Source of the DNA: a virus
Taxonomy: Duplodnaviria; Heunggongvirae; Uroviricota; Caudoviricetes
Length of the DNA: 37,085 nucleotides
Strand: one strand, 5' to 3'
Virus record (IMG/VR): IMGVR_UViG_3300038393_001148
This document shows positions 1 to 8,465 of the stretch, piece after piece. Made by a program: the position numbers and the translations under genes. Under the pieces are notes generated by a model. The model was not told the DNA's origin. It made no database searches and was given only the letters and a program-made list of their open reading frames with translations. Every line of letters begins with the position of its first letter. The first letter of the stretch is position 1.

Positions 1-231
1 ATGATTTTCCTTCTTCAGAGCCGCGAGGGCGTCTACGAGCCTTTGGCGCTCTGCCCCTTCCCGGATGCCCCTTTGCTCCCATAGCTCACATTCCTTATCA
101 AGGTTACCCTTTTGTTGCTCAAGCGACTCGTTTTGCTCCTCAAGTTGAGCCACGCGCTGACGAAGAATTTCAACATCGTGGTCGAGTCCCCGCAGCCTCC
201 ACAGTTCCTCTTCGAGGGCGTCCTGATCCAT
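1..231 (-). CDS. Coiled-coil hypothetical protein, truncated by the window edge (MDQDALEEELWRLRGLDHDVEILRQRVAQLEEQ...)
   Basis: Open frame translated by hand and absent from the ORF track. ATG lies 7 nt after a TTGGAA-17-TAGAAT promoter. Confidence 0.7.
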   Translation of the reverse strand, partial: MDQDALEEELWRLRGLDHDVEILRQRVAQLEEQNESLEQQKGNLDKECELWEQRGIREGAERQRLVDALAALKKENH

Positions 232-238
232 GCCAGCC

Positions 239-267
239 ATTCTAGCCGGTCTTCCGGTATATTCCAA
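239..267 (-). promoter_or_regulatory. Sigma70-type leaderless promoter
   Basis: TTGGAA-17nt-TAGAAT-7nt-ATG on the minus strand. Confidence 0.65.
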
Positions 268-383
268 GGATGAGCCAATCCCCGTATTGCGCGCGGCCCT
301 ACTGCGCCTGCGCGCTCAAGGACGTGGAGTGCGAGGCGGTCGAGCGCGAACGGATTTTCTTCCTAAAGATGTGGAAGAAACAC

Positions 384-412
384 TTGCGAATCTATCTTGA
401 CCCTGGTAAGAT
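384..412 (+). promoter_or_regulatory. Sigma70-type promoter with extended -10
   Basis: TTGCGA-17nt-(TGG)TAAGAT-8nt-ATG(421). Confidence 0.7.
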
Positions 413-420
413 ACGGCTCC

Positions 421-732
421 ATGCTCACCGAGACCTGGAAGCTCCATAGCCACATCGGAAGCACCTGCACAGTGAGCCGCAATATCGATGGCCGCGAGAC
501 GGTCTGGACCCTCCGCAAGGGGGAGAAGGGCTGGCGCGTCTATCAGATCAAATTCTCCAAGCTCAACATGGGGTGCAACTTCCACTTGGAGCGGACCAAG
601 ACCTACGACGGCCAGTGCCAGCACTTCGAGGGCGGCTGCTGGGATGAACAGCGCCACGCGCACGGTATTCGCCTGACGGACTCCCGCATCGACCGCACTC
701 TCCGAGATTACGCAGAGGGGCGTCGTGTCTAG
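421..732 (+). CDS. Hypothetical protein
   Basis: ORF with GC-biased codons; start reassigned to the ATG after the promoter. Confidence 0.75.
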   Translation: MLTETWKLHSHIGSTCTVSRNIDGRETVWTLRKGEKGWRVYQIKFSKLNMGCNFHLERTKTYDGQCQHFEGGCWDEQRHAHGIRLTDSRIDRTLRDYAEGRRV

Positions 733-1093
733 TCACAACAACGCTTATCTTCCTCCGGGAACATGGTTTTACGATCCCGAGTCTGAAGTTATTCTTGAGG
801 TGCTTTCCTCAAGGGGTATGTACGTCGCCGGGCTGTACTACTATACCGTTCGGGTGATCAGGGGTGGCACATGGTCACTTGATGTCAGGCAGCCGTCGAT
901 CTCCCCGAGGAGGTTTGTAGACGGCGAGTCTCAGCTTATTCGTGAGGCACACCTTAGACTGTATTTTACTCGCTGCTCGCATGTCCCTATCGGGTTTTGC
1001 CCCGAGTGCGAGGACGACGATTCGATTTTCTACGGCGAGGACTACATCTGCGCGTTCTGCCGAGATAGGCTCGATGACCCATGGCCCGAGTAA
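725..1093 (+). CDS. Zn-finger-tagged small protein
   Basis: C-terminal CPECEDDDSIFYGEDYICAFCR. Confidence 0.8.
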   Translation: MSSHNNAYLPPGTWFYDPESEVILEVLSSRGMYVAGLYYYTVRVIRGGTWSLDVRQPSISPRRFVDGESQLIREAHLRLYFTRCSHVPIGFCPECEDDDSIFYGEDYICAFCRDRLDDPWPE

Positions 1094-1407
1094 CCAAGTT
1101 ATACAAGTACGAGGTGGGAGACCACGTTCGTCTCAGGGCGGTGGCGCTAGGAACGGAGACTGAATGGTCCGCCTATAACGAAGCCGTTGAGGGCGTTACA
1201 CCTGGGACGGAAGGCCGCATTTTTGAGATGGCGGACACCTATCCTAATTCGGGATCGGTGATCGTTGTTCGATGGAGCCATGGCGGCACGAGTTCGCTAA
1301 ATGAGGTCTGGGTAGAGAAGGTCACTAGGCCATGTGGAAGTTGCGAAGCGGATTGCCTACATGATGATTATCTTTGCGGGAGGTGTCGAGATGCCATTGG
1401 ATCATAA
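1081..1407 (+). CDS. Zn-finger-tagged small protein with SH3/KOW-like N-terminus
   Basis: YEVGDHVRL...GTEGRI...VVRW; C-terminal CGSCEADCLHDDYLCGRCR. Confidence 0.8.
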   Translation: MARVTKLYKYEVGDHVRLRAVALGTETEWSAYNEAVEGVTPGTEGRIFEMADTYPNSGSVIVVRWSHGGTSSLNEVWVEKVTRPCGSCEADCLHDDYLCGRCRDAIGS

Positions 1408-1678
1408 ACGCATCTATCTTATTAGTAGTGGTGACGCTCTTGGCCTCGTCTGGAAAATGAAGGGAGACCCCGGTGGAGTATGGCGTCTCTGGTGGGATAC
1501 GTGGGGAACATACAAAATGGATGGAGAAGGGGTCAGCGAGCGAAATGTCATGATCTATGCCCCTACGACCAATGTGAGCCACCTCCCGGTGATGTCTCGT
1601 TGTGCCGAATGCGAAAGAGCGCTTGTCGTAACGGACTATCTGTGCAAGGGGTGCCGAGATGCATTGCGCCCAATGTGA
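1391..1678 (+). CDS. Zn-finger-tagged small protein with Trp-rich N-terminus
   Basis: GGAGG SD before ATG 1391; C-terminal CAECERALVVTDYLCKGCR. Confidence 0.8.
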   Translation: MPLDHKRIYLISSGDALGLVWKMKGDPGGVWRLWWDTWGTYKMDGEGVSERNVMIYAPTTNVSHLPVMSRCAECERALVVTDYLCKGCRDALRPM

Positions 1679-1701
1679 TACTGATTCGAGATATATAAGC
1701 C

Positions 1702-1730
1702 TTGACAAGTCTTCCATAAGCTGGTAAGGT
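1702..1730 (+). promoter_or_regulatory. Sigma70-type leaderless promoter
   Basis: TTGACA-17-(TGG)TAAGGT-7-ATG. Confidence 0.85.
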
Positions 1731-1737
1731 TCCACCC

Positions 1738-2598
1738 ATGAGCAAGTTCACCGCCGAGCAGAAGAAGGAGTACGCCGCCGCGAAGCAGGAAGAGCAGCGC
1801 ACCATGCTGGCTGATGCAGTGCAGCGCCTCTGCACGTCGGAGGGCTGGCTCCGCTACCTGGAGGCCACGGCCAAGTTCCCCGGCCGCTCTTTCAACAACC
1901 GCATGCTGATCGCCTTCCAGGATCCCGAGGCCACGCTGGTCGAGGGCGGCAAGACCTGGCCCAAGAAGTGGGACCGCAAGGTTCAGCCCGAGGGCTACGA
2001 GCACCCGATCATGATCCTCGCCCCGATCATGGGCGACGTGAAGGATAAGGATGGCAACGTCATCAAGGGTCTCGACGGCAAGCCCAAGCAGCGGGTCATC
2101 TTCTACAAGTCGGTCAAGATCTACGACGTGCGCTGGACGGAGGGCAAGCCGATCCCGGCCCGCCCGGAGCCCCAGCCGGTCACCGGCGACTCACACGAGG
2201 AGTACATCCTCCGCGCCTCGCAGTACATCGAGGGCATGGGCGCGAACGTCACCGACACCGCCGTCGAATACTTCACCGAGGACGAGGCCCTGACCTTCCC
2301 AATTTCCGCGAACGCGGTCAATGGTCAGGTTCGCGAACTGGTTCGCGCCGCTGCGCGCATCGGTGCCGTCACCCCGATGGCCGAGGCCGAGCTTTCGCTG
2401 AGCGCCGCTCAGCAGGAGGTCATCATCGAATCCGCCGCCTACATGGTCTGCCAGAACATCGCCCTGGACACCACCGGCATGACCGTCCCCTACATCGCTT
2501 CCTGGGACGAGGACCCCAAGAAGGCCCAGTCCATCATGCGCGACTTCGCGGCCATCATCGATGAGGTCGCGACGGCCGTCACGGAGGCCATCTCGTGA
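1738..2598 (+). CDS. ArdC-like ssDNA-binding/antirestriction protein
   Basis: WLRYL..AKF..SFNNRMLIAFQ.PEATLV.G..TW....RKV, IMILAP and IYDV..TEG match the ArdC N-terminal pattern; C-terminal E..IES.AY.VC...LDT....YIASW. Confidence 0.75.
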   Translation: MSKFTAEQKKEYAAAKQEEQRTMLADAVQRLCTSEGWLRYLEATAKFPGRSFNNRMLIAFQDPEATLVEGGKTWPKKWDRKVQPEGYEHPIMILAPIMGDVKDKDGNVIKGLDGKPKQRVIFYKSVKIYDVRWTEGKPIPARPEPQPVTGDSHEEYILRASQYIEGMGANVTDTAVEYFTEDEALTFPISANAVNGQVRELVRAAARIGAVTPMAEAELSLSAAQQEVIIESAAYMVCQNIALDTTGMTVPYIASWDEDPKKAQSIMRDFAAIIDEVATAVTEAIS

Positions 2599-2726
2599 TA
2601 TTCCTCTGGCTCATTATCTACCTAGTAGAGGGAACTCCGAATATCATCAACAACAACGGCAATGACGCCGCCTGGATTATCACCGGCGTCATCTGCCTAA
2701 TCCTTACCATCCTGGGGAGGGACTAA
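2595..2726 (+). CDS. Small membrane protein (43 aa)
   Basis: VIFLWLIIYLVEG...AAWIITGVICLILTILGRD; GTGA and TAATG overlaps with neighbours. Confidence 0.55.
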   Translation: MIFLWLIIYLVEGTPNIINNNGNDAAWIITGVICLILTILGRD

Positions 2727-3025
2727 TGGGCTGGTTGCGAAATTACGGTGCCATGAACGACGACAAGCTCCTGCGCACGATCAAGGAGTTTCAGAGCGGC
2801 TACGGGACCGCCATCACCCGCGTGCAGGATAAGGGCGGGGATATGGACGAGAACCGCGCCAAGGCCGAGTACGAGGCCCGCAGGCGCGGTCTCATTGACG
2901 ACAACTTTATGCCGCCCGAGGGCACCGAGGTCTTCACCGAGGCGCGTTTCTGCCCGGAGTGCGAAAAGAAGAAGCCCTTCCGCCTGGATGATTACATTTG
3001 CCGATTCTGCCGGGATGCCCAATAA
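2726..3025 (+). CDS. Zn-finger-tagged small protein
   Basis: C-terminal CPECEKKKPFRLDDYICRFCR. Confidence 0.8.
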   Translation: MGWLRNYGAMNDDKLLRTIKEFQSGYGTAITRVQDKGGDMDENRAKAEYEARRRGLIDDNFMPPEGTEVFTEARFCPECEKKKPFRLDDYICRFCRDAQ

Positions 3026-3080
3026 GATGCCTACGACAGATAAGTAACCGACCATGCCCGCCGCCAGCCACCACCGTCGG

Positions 3081-3191
3081 ATGCGCGCCCTGCTGTGCAA
3101 GCTCGGCTTCCACGGCCGCCACCTCGGGCCCGGCGGGCTGTTCTCCAAGCGCTGCTCCGCCTGCACCCGCAGCGTCTACTGGGGGCCCTGA
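3081..3191 (+). CDS. Tiny Cys/His protein (DUF1660-like pattern)
   Basis: MRALLCKLGFHGRHLGPGGLFSKRCSACTRSVYWGP; GC-biased codons. Confidence 0.5.
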   Translation: MRALLCKLGFHGRHLGPGGLFSKRCSACTRSVYWGP

Positions 3192-3203
3192 ACCCACCGG
3201 CGC

Positions 3204-3413
3204 TTGCAGCATCGCGATGATCCGCTGCGCTTTGTCGTCCCAGACGGAAAGTATCAGATGACGCGGCTAGTCCTGGCGATTCAAGAGATTTTTAATCGCC
3301 TTGACGCAGAGTACGGGCCTATCCGTATGACCATCACTGCGAGTGATGGTCTGTCGGAGAACCACACTGCCCTAGTTGTATATGAAAGGATTCCTAATGG
3401 CACACATGTATGA
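3204..3413 (+). CDS. Hypothetical protein, paralog of 20300..20557
   Basis: Shared RL..AI....N.LDAEYGP motif. Confidence 0.6.
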   Translation: MQHRDDPLRFVVPDGKYQMTRLVLAIQEIFNRLDAEYGPIRMTITASDGLSENHTALVVYERIPNGTHV

Positions 3414-4050
3414 TAAGGCTCCTCCCGCCTTTGCCAAGGATCCGTGGGCGTGGGATTACACCCGCGACCGCATGGAGCAGAACACCGGGATCCTCTACCC
3501 GGACTGGCAGGGTAAACACTTCGCGGGCGCAGCCGCCATGTACAAGAACGTGGTCAAGAAGTACTCCGGCAACGTTGTTGCAGGAAACCTGACCACTCCA
3601 AAGGAGTGCGTGGACTGCGGAGCCACCAATCCCCACTACGTTGATGACTACGTGTGTAGGGATTGCCGAGATGCCATCGAGAGCGCTGGCTCATACGAGG
3701 AGGCGGCAAGTACCATCACTCGCCCCGACTCCATCGACGCCATCCGCGAGCAGCTTTACAAGGCCCTGGGTCACGACAAGAAGGACGCCAAGGCCGGTCG
3801 TGTGCCGTCCGATTTGAAGGGCGAGGACACGTCGCCCACGGCTGATTCCTATAACGAGGTCACGAACCTGATCACCGGCGTGGCCGGGGTCAGCCGCAAC
3901 TACAAGGCCATGGGTGCCGATAAGCTGGCACGCTGCATCGCGGAGCTTGAGGCTGGCACCGGCAATGCCGTTAAGCGGGCGCAGGCCAAGGGCGAGAGCG
4001 TAGCCGACCACCTGGAGGCTGCCTACCGCGCACAGCAGGAGAAAGCATGA
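3397..4050 (+). CDS. Protein with an internal copy of the Zn-finger tag
   Basis: Internal CVDCGATNPHYVDDYVCRDCR; AAGGA SD. Confidence 0.8.
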   Translation: MAHMYDKAPPAFAKDPWAWDYTRDRMEQNTGILYPDWQGKHFAGAAAMYKNVVKKYSGNVVAGNLTTPKECVDCGATNPHYVDDYVCRDCRDAIESAGSYEEAASTITRPDSIDAIREQLYKALGHDKKDAKAGRVPSDLKGEDTSPTADSYNEVTNLITGVAGVSRNYKAMGADKLARCIAELEAGTGNAVKRAQAKGESVADHLEAAYRAQQEKA

Positions 4051-4391
4051 ACCCCGCTATTTGTTCTAGCTGTGGCGAGACCTATGTTTCGCATTGGGGA
4101 GATCTGGATGGCAACATGTGCCATTCGTGTCAGAAGGACAGGAGGCAAGACTTCGGTAAGTACCACGATAACTATTATCACTTCAAGAAGAAGTCGCAGT
4201 ATCCACCTGTGTGGAAGGAGGCGAGTGCCGAGGCCGCGACGAAGGAGAGGCGGAAGAGTGCGCGGATTGACGCAGCGGTCATGAAGCCATGTTCGGAATG
4301 CGAGCAGGATCGGCCCCATGACCCCGACGACTACATCTGCATTATTTGCCGCGATGGCCGCGAGGCGCTTCCCAAAGGCTACGTGCTTTAA
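4047..4391 (+). CDS. Double Zn-finger protein, tagged
   Basis: N-terminal CSSC..CHSC and C-terminal CSECEQDRPHDPDDYICIICR. Confidence 0.8.
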   Translation: MNPAICSSCGETYVSHWGDLDGNMCHSCQKDRRQDFGKYHDNYYHFKKKSQYPPVWKEASAEAATKERRKSARIDAAVMKPCSECEQDRPHDPDDYICIICRDGREALPKGYVL

Positions 4392-4418
4392 TCGCCCAAA
4401 ATATTTCGCCAGAATCCC

Positions 4419-4447
4419 TTGACAAGCACCCTCTGACCCCCTAAGAT
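4419..4447 (+). promoter_or_regulatory. Sigma70-type promoter (leadered)
   Basis: TTGACA-17-TAAGAT; AAGGAG upstream of ATG 4508. Confidence 0.75.
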
Positions 4448-4507
4448 ACGTCAAGTTGAGTCCACCGGGCAATCCCGCCCAAGTTTCAAGGAGCTACGCT
4501 ACACCTC

Positions 4508-5650
4508 ATGACGGTTTCCTCCCTTATCCCGAAGGCTGACCAGTACTACGACCTGGAGTACAACGTCCTACTGATCGGCCTGCACGGCGTCGGCAAGACC
4601 GAGGCCATCGTCTCGCTCGCTCGCGAGAAGGGCGCAGTCCTCAAGTACTACTCGTGCTCGACGCTGGACCCGTTCACCGATCTCGTCGGCGTCCCGACGC
4701 CGCGATACTACGACACGGTGAACCGGATCTACTTCAACACGCCGACGCACCCGACGACGGGCAAGCACATCAGCGAGGACCCCACCGTCGTGGAGACCCT
4801 ACGCATGGTCCGCCCGCGCGACGTGGATGAGGCCGAGTTCATCTTCTTCGATGAGTTCAACCGAGGCGACGAGAAGACGCAGAACGCCATCTTCGAGATC
4901 ATCCAGTTCGGGACGATCAACGGCGAGAAGCTGCCGAACCTCAAGTGCTGCTGGGCGGCCATGAACCCGCCCGATGGCGACTACAAGGTCTCCGATCTCG
5001 ACCCGGCGCTCATCGACCGCTTCGACACGTTCATCGACATCCAGGCCAAGCCGTCCGTGGCCTACATGTCGGGGCCGGGCGGGCTGCCGAAGCCCATCGC
5101 CCAGGCGCTCTACTCCTGGTGGGGCGAGCACAACACGCAGCGCCGGGGCATGGAGAATTTCATCTCCCCGCGCCGCCTCATGAAGATCGGTCGCGTCTTC
5201 CATGAGACGGGCGACTTCCGCCCGGCGCTCCCGAAGTGGATCAACGCCGACCGCTCCAAGCTCGCCGCGCTGCTGGACCGGGCCAAGGAGGACGTGGCGA
5301 AGAACCCGCCGAAGACGGGCAAGCTGGGCGACGGGCCGAACCCCTCGTTCCAGTACGACGAGACGTGGCTCGCCGAGAAGCGGATGACCGTGGCGAAGTA
5401 CATGGAGAACAACCCGGAGGACTTCGACACGCACAACGCGGTCCTCTCCGTGATCGAGAGCAAGCAGGGCCGGACCCTGGCTCGCGACTACGCGGAACTG
5501 CTGGAGGCGCTGAAGCCCGCGCTGCTGGAGGGCTTCATCAGCCGCCTCAACGCGGGCAAGCTCAACAGCCTCACCGAGGCCGTCAAGGAGCTTCCGTCCC
5601 ACCGGTACGACACGCTCACCAACCTGCGCCGCGAGTTGTCGCTGGCGTAG
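4508..5650 (+). CDS. MoxR-like AAA+ ATPase
   Basis: Walker A GLHGVGKT, Walker B IFFDEFNR, sensor AAMNP, arginine finger LDPALIDRF. Confidence 0.9.
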   Translation: MTVSSLIPKADQYYDLEYNVLLIGLHGVGKTEAIVSLAREKGAVLKYYSCSTLDPFTDLVGVPTPRYYDTVNRIYFNTPTHPTTGKHISEDPTVVETLRMVRPRDVDEAEFIFFDEFNRGDEKTQNAIFEIIQFGTINGEKLPNLKCCWAAMNPPDGDYKVSDLDPALIDRFDTFIDIQAKPSVAYMSGPGGLPKPIAQALYSWWGEHNTQRRGMENFISPRRLMKIGRVFHETGDFRPALPKWINADRSKLAALLDRAKEDVAKNPPKTGKLGDGPNPSFQYDETWLAEKRMTVAKYMENNPEDFDTHNAVLSVIESKQGRTLARDYAELLEALKPALLEGFISRLNAGKLNSLTEAVKELPSHRYDTLTNLRRELSLA

Positions 5651-5667
5651 CTCAAGGCGGACTCAAC

Positions 5668-5705
5668 GGGCCGGGAGTAGAAATACTCCCGGCCCCCGCT
5701 TTATT
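5668..5705 (+). terminator. Hairpin terminator
   Basis: GGGCCGGGAGTA-GAAA-TACTCCCGGCCC followed by CCGCTTTATT. Confidence 0.7.
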
Positions 5706-6017
5706 ATGAACACGTTCTTTCAAATCTTCTCACCGCTGATCATGTTGGTCTCAGCGGTGTGTTGGCAATTATTCTGCCAGCGCATAAATCTGGAACGGCT
5801 GCGCAACCAAGATGAGTTGATTGCCAAGCTCCGGGATCATAATAAATGCATAAGCCAAGACCTTGCGTGGCTTCTCCAGCAGAACCAAATGCTCCAGGAG
5901 AGGCTAGGTAAATTGGAAGCGACGTGGAAGCATGCCGCACTCTGTGTCGAATGTGACCAGCCTAATCCCATCGATGATGGCGACTACATTTGTAAGGAAT
6001 GCCGATCCGCCAAATGA
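5706..6017 (+). CDS. Zn-finger-tagged protein with N-terminal TM and coiled coil
   Basis: Hydrophobic N-terminus; C-terminal CVECDQPNPIDDGDYICKECR. Confidence 0.75.
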   Translation: MNTFFQIFSPLIMLVSAVCWQLFCQRINLERLRNQDELIAKLRDHNKCISQDLAWLLQQNQMLQERLGKLEATWKHAALCVECDQPNPIDDGDYICKECRSAK

Positions 6018-6022
6018 ATAGC

Positions 6023-6051
6023 TTGACTCCAACCTCTAACCCTGGTACAAT
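6023..6051 (+). promoter_or_regulatory. Sigma70-type leaderless promoter
   Basis: TTGACT-17-(TGG)TACAAT-7-ATG(6059). Confidence 0.8.
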
Positions 6052-6058
6052 CATTCCT

Positions 6059-7561
6059 ATGAGCAAAGCTCCTGACACCGGCCAAGTGCCGAAGGAAGTA
6101 CAGGAGGCAATCGAGCGCGCGCAGAAGGAAGCCCGCGAGCAGATCGCCAACTGTGACCTGAAGCTTCACTACCTGGACGCCATCGATTATCTCGATGAGA
6201 ACTTCGCGTTCTTCCTCACCCACGTCCTGAACATGGGTAAGCCGCAGTGGACCCGCGCCATCAAGACGGCGGCGGTCGCGCTACCTCATGACGGCGCGAG
6301 CATGGACGACTTCATGTACGTCTTCAACGACGTATTCGCCGCGCTGCTGACGCCCGAGGAGTTCGCGTTCATCCAGGCGCACGAGACGATGCACGTCCTG
6401 CTGAACCACCTCAAGCTGCTGGAGAAGGGCAAGAAGCGGGGCAAGTTCAAGGACCCGCAGAAGTTCAACGTGGCGGCTGACTGCGTGATCAACGATTACC
6501 TCGTCAGTATGGGCCTCGACGCGGGGCGTATCCGCGACATGGGCTGCTTCGGCCCCGATATCGTCGGCTACGACTGCTCCAACTCCACCGTCTCCGAGGT
6601 CTATCTCGACATCCCGGACGAGGACTCCGAGAACGGCGACGGCGAGGGCGACGGCCAGGGTGGCGGCGGTCAGATCGACGGTTCCGGCATGGGTTCGCTG
6701 GGCGACTACATGGATGGCTCGTCCAAGTCGCAGATGACCGGCGACCACGACTGGCTCCACAACCCGCAGGACGCCAAGGGCCAGTCGGCTGCGGCCGACC
6801 AGATGGGCCAGTCCTCCAACATGCCTCAGGACTTGGAGGATAAGAAGGCCGACGACGACAACAAGGGCACGCCGGGTGCTGGTCCGGGCTCCGAGGCTGG
6901 CGCTATGCGCAACTTCGTTGAGCAGAAGGGCGTTTCGATGCGGTGGGCCGAGCTTCTGAAGGAGGTCAACCCCGACTACTTCAAGAGCGGTGGCCCGAAG
7001 CCGCGCCCGTCCTTCCACAAGCGCAGCCGCAAGATGGCGGGCGTCTATGAGCGCTACGACATCGGCGTGTTGCCGGTCAAGCGCGACCCGGATAACCCGC
7101 GTGGCATGACGCCGAGCATCGTCATGTTCATGGACGGGTCGGGCTCCTGCTCCGACTGGATCCAGAACTTCGCCACCCTGGCGAAGTCGGTCAACCCCAA
7201 GATGATCCACCTGCGGGCCTGGACGTTCTCCACCTACACCACCCCGTTCGATGTCACGTCGGATAAGAATCAGATGGCGTCGGGCGGCACCTCGTTCTCG
7301 CCCATTGAGGACGAGATCCGGAAGTCGGTGGTCCCCGAGTTGGGGCACTACCCGCACGCGGTGGTCGTCATGACCGACCTGGAGGGCTCGTTCCCCGGCT
7401 CGAAGCCGGACGAGAAGAACAAGGACAAGTGGCTCTGGCTCGCCACCCACCAGGGCCGCTACGACTACCGTGGCGCAGACAAGTTCGGCAAGACCATCAA
7501 CATCGAGGAGTTCTGCGATGGGATGCCTGGCATCCAGAAGGTCGGCAATCGCGGCTGGTAG
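6059..7561 (+). CDS. DUF2201-type putative metallopeptidase plus VWA domain protein (MoxR partner)
   Basis: HETMH (HExxH), FNVAADCVIN, acidic/Gly linker, MIDAS DGSGS, GGTSF, MTDLEG. Confidence 0.85.
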   Translation: MSKAPDTGQVPKEVQEAIERAQKEAREQIANCDLKLHYLDAIDYLDENFAFFLTHVLNMGKPQWTRAIKTAAVALPHDGASMDDFMYVFNDVFAALLTPEEFAFIQAHETMHVLLNHLKLLEKGKKRGKFKDPQKFNVAADCVINDYLVSMGLDAGRIRDMGCFGPDIVGYDCSNSTVSEVYLDIPDEDSENGDGEGDGQGGGGQIDGSGMGSLGDYMDGSSKSQMTGDHDWLHNPQDAKGQSAAADQMGQSSNMPQDLEDKKADDDNKGTPGAGPGSEAGAMRNFVEQKGVSMRWAELLKEVNPDYFKSGGPKPRPSFHKRSRKMAGVYERYDIGVLPVKRDPDNPRGMTPSIVMFMDGSGSCSDWIQNFATLAKSVNPKMIHLRAWTFSTYTTPFDVTSDKNQMASGGTSFSPIEDEIRKSVVPELGHYPHAVVVMTDLEGSFPGSKPDEKNKDKWLWLATHQGRYDYRGADKFGKTINIEEFCDGMPGIQKVGNRGW

Positions 7562-7583
7562 GGAATCCACAGTTCTGGAGGAC

Positions 7584-7613
7584 AAAGGCCCGGAGAAATC
7601 CGGGCCTTTTGTC
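7584..7613 (+). terminator. Intrinsic terminator
   Basis: AAAGGCCCGGA-GAAA-TCCGGGCCTTTT. Confidence 0.8.
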
Positions 7614-7653
7614 TGCCTTAGAAAGAGCCCCGAGCTAGCAGGTAAGGTATGCA

Positions 7654-8088
7654 ATGGAAGATTCCCTACCACTAGAGGAGCCGGAGGCTGGGGGTGCGTC
7701 CACCTTCAAGGCGATGGCGGTCGCCGCCATCGTGGCCTTCGTCGTCGGCTGCGTCCCGGCCTTAGGCGCGGCCATAATTTACGGCGATCAGATCGACCAA
7801 CGCGCCCATGAGCGAGCGGTGGATACCTGCAATAGCACCAACGCAGGGCGTAAGGCCGCGAACCTCCGCTTCAGGGCAAGCAAGATTAACCTAGAGGCCG
7901 ATATCACATTATACGAGGTGGTCCTTAAGCTTACGCCAAAGACTCTGCCTAAGGGTTCGCCCGCTAATCAACAAGCTAAGTTGACTACGTACCGCAATAC
8001 CTTGGAAGACGCGCTCCAGACCAAGAGGGAAAAGGTGTTGCCGCTGACCAAGCCATATAAGTACGAAGACTGCTCAAAGGTCAATTAA
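7654..8088 (+). CDS. Single-TM membrane protein
   Basis: Hydrophobic segment MAVAAIVAFVVGCVPALGAAII. Confidence 0.7.
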   Translation: MEDSLPLEEPEAGGASTFKAMAVAAIVAFVVGCVPALGAAIIYGDQIDQRAHERAVDTCNSTNAGRKAANLRFRASKINLEADITLYEVVLKLTPKTLPKGSPANQQAKLTTYRNTLEDALQTKREKVLPLTKPYKYEDCSKVN

Positions 8089-8465
8089 TGTGGGGCCTCA
8101 CGCATAACTTCGCGCACCTCGTCATTTTCCTAGCTTCGCTCATCGGGGCGTTTGAGGTCTCGCGTTCCTTTAACGCGCTGATCCGGCTCCAGTGGAAGAC
8201 CAGGATAAGCGCCAAGGTATTCTTCATCACCTGCGGCCTCACACACTTAGGACTAGCACTTGGTGTAGGAGACTCTACCTTCTTTGTGATCACCGATCAT
8301 TTGCAAGCAGTTGGTCTTGTTTCGTTCCTGCTTCTCTTGTCATATGACCTGACAGGGGCGCTCAGGTTGCTGCGTCTTGTGTTCAAGGCGGTCCAGAGCG
8401 AGTATGGGGCGGACGGTGACCGCATGATCGCAACCGTCATTGCGGCCCTCCGCAGAGGTCATTAG
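8088..8465 (+). CDS. Multi-TM membrane protein with a CGxTH motif
   Basis: About three hydrophobic helices; VFFITCGLTHL. Confidence 0.7.
   Translation: MWGLTHNFAHLVIFLASLIGAFEVSRSFNALIRLQWKTRISAKVFFITCGLTHLGLALGVGDSTFFVITDHLQAVGLVSFLLLLSYDLTGALRLLRLVFKAVQSEYGADGDRMIATVIAALRRGH

Noticed and set aside
33-278. ORF-track 81-aa minus-strand ORF
   Set aside because: A different minus frame (start 231, running off the window) has a matching leaderless promoter and coiled-coil composition.
7620-7650. Promoter at GGTAAGGT before 7654 (also TATATT at 20891)
   Set aside because: A -10-like box is present, but there is no acceptable -35 at 16-18 nt.
6281-7672. Long minus-strand ORF (463 aa), and similar ones at 4799..5602, 13513..14124, 17772..19319 and 26104..26778
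   Set aside because: Antisense shadows of GC3-rich genes that have clear motifs on the + strand; they carry no motifs or start signals of their own.
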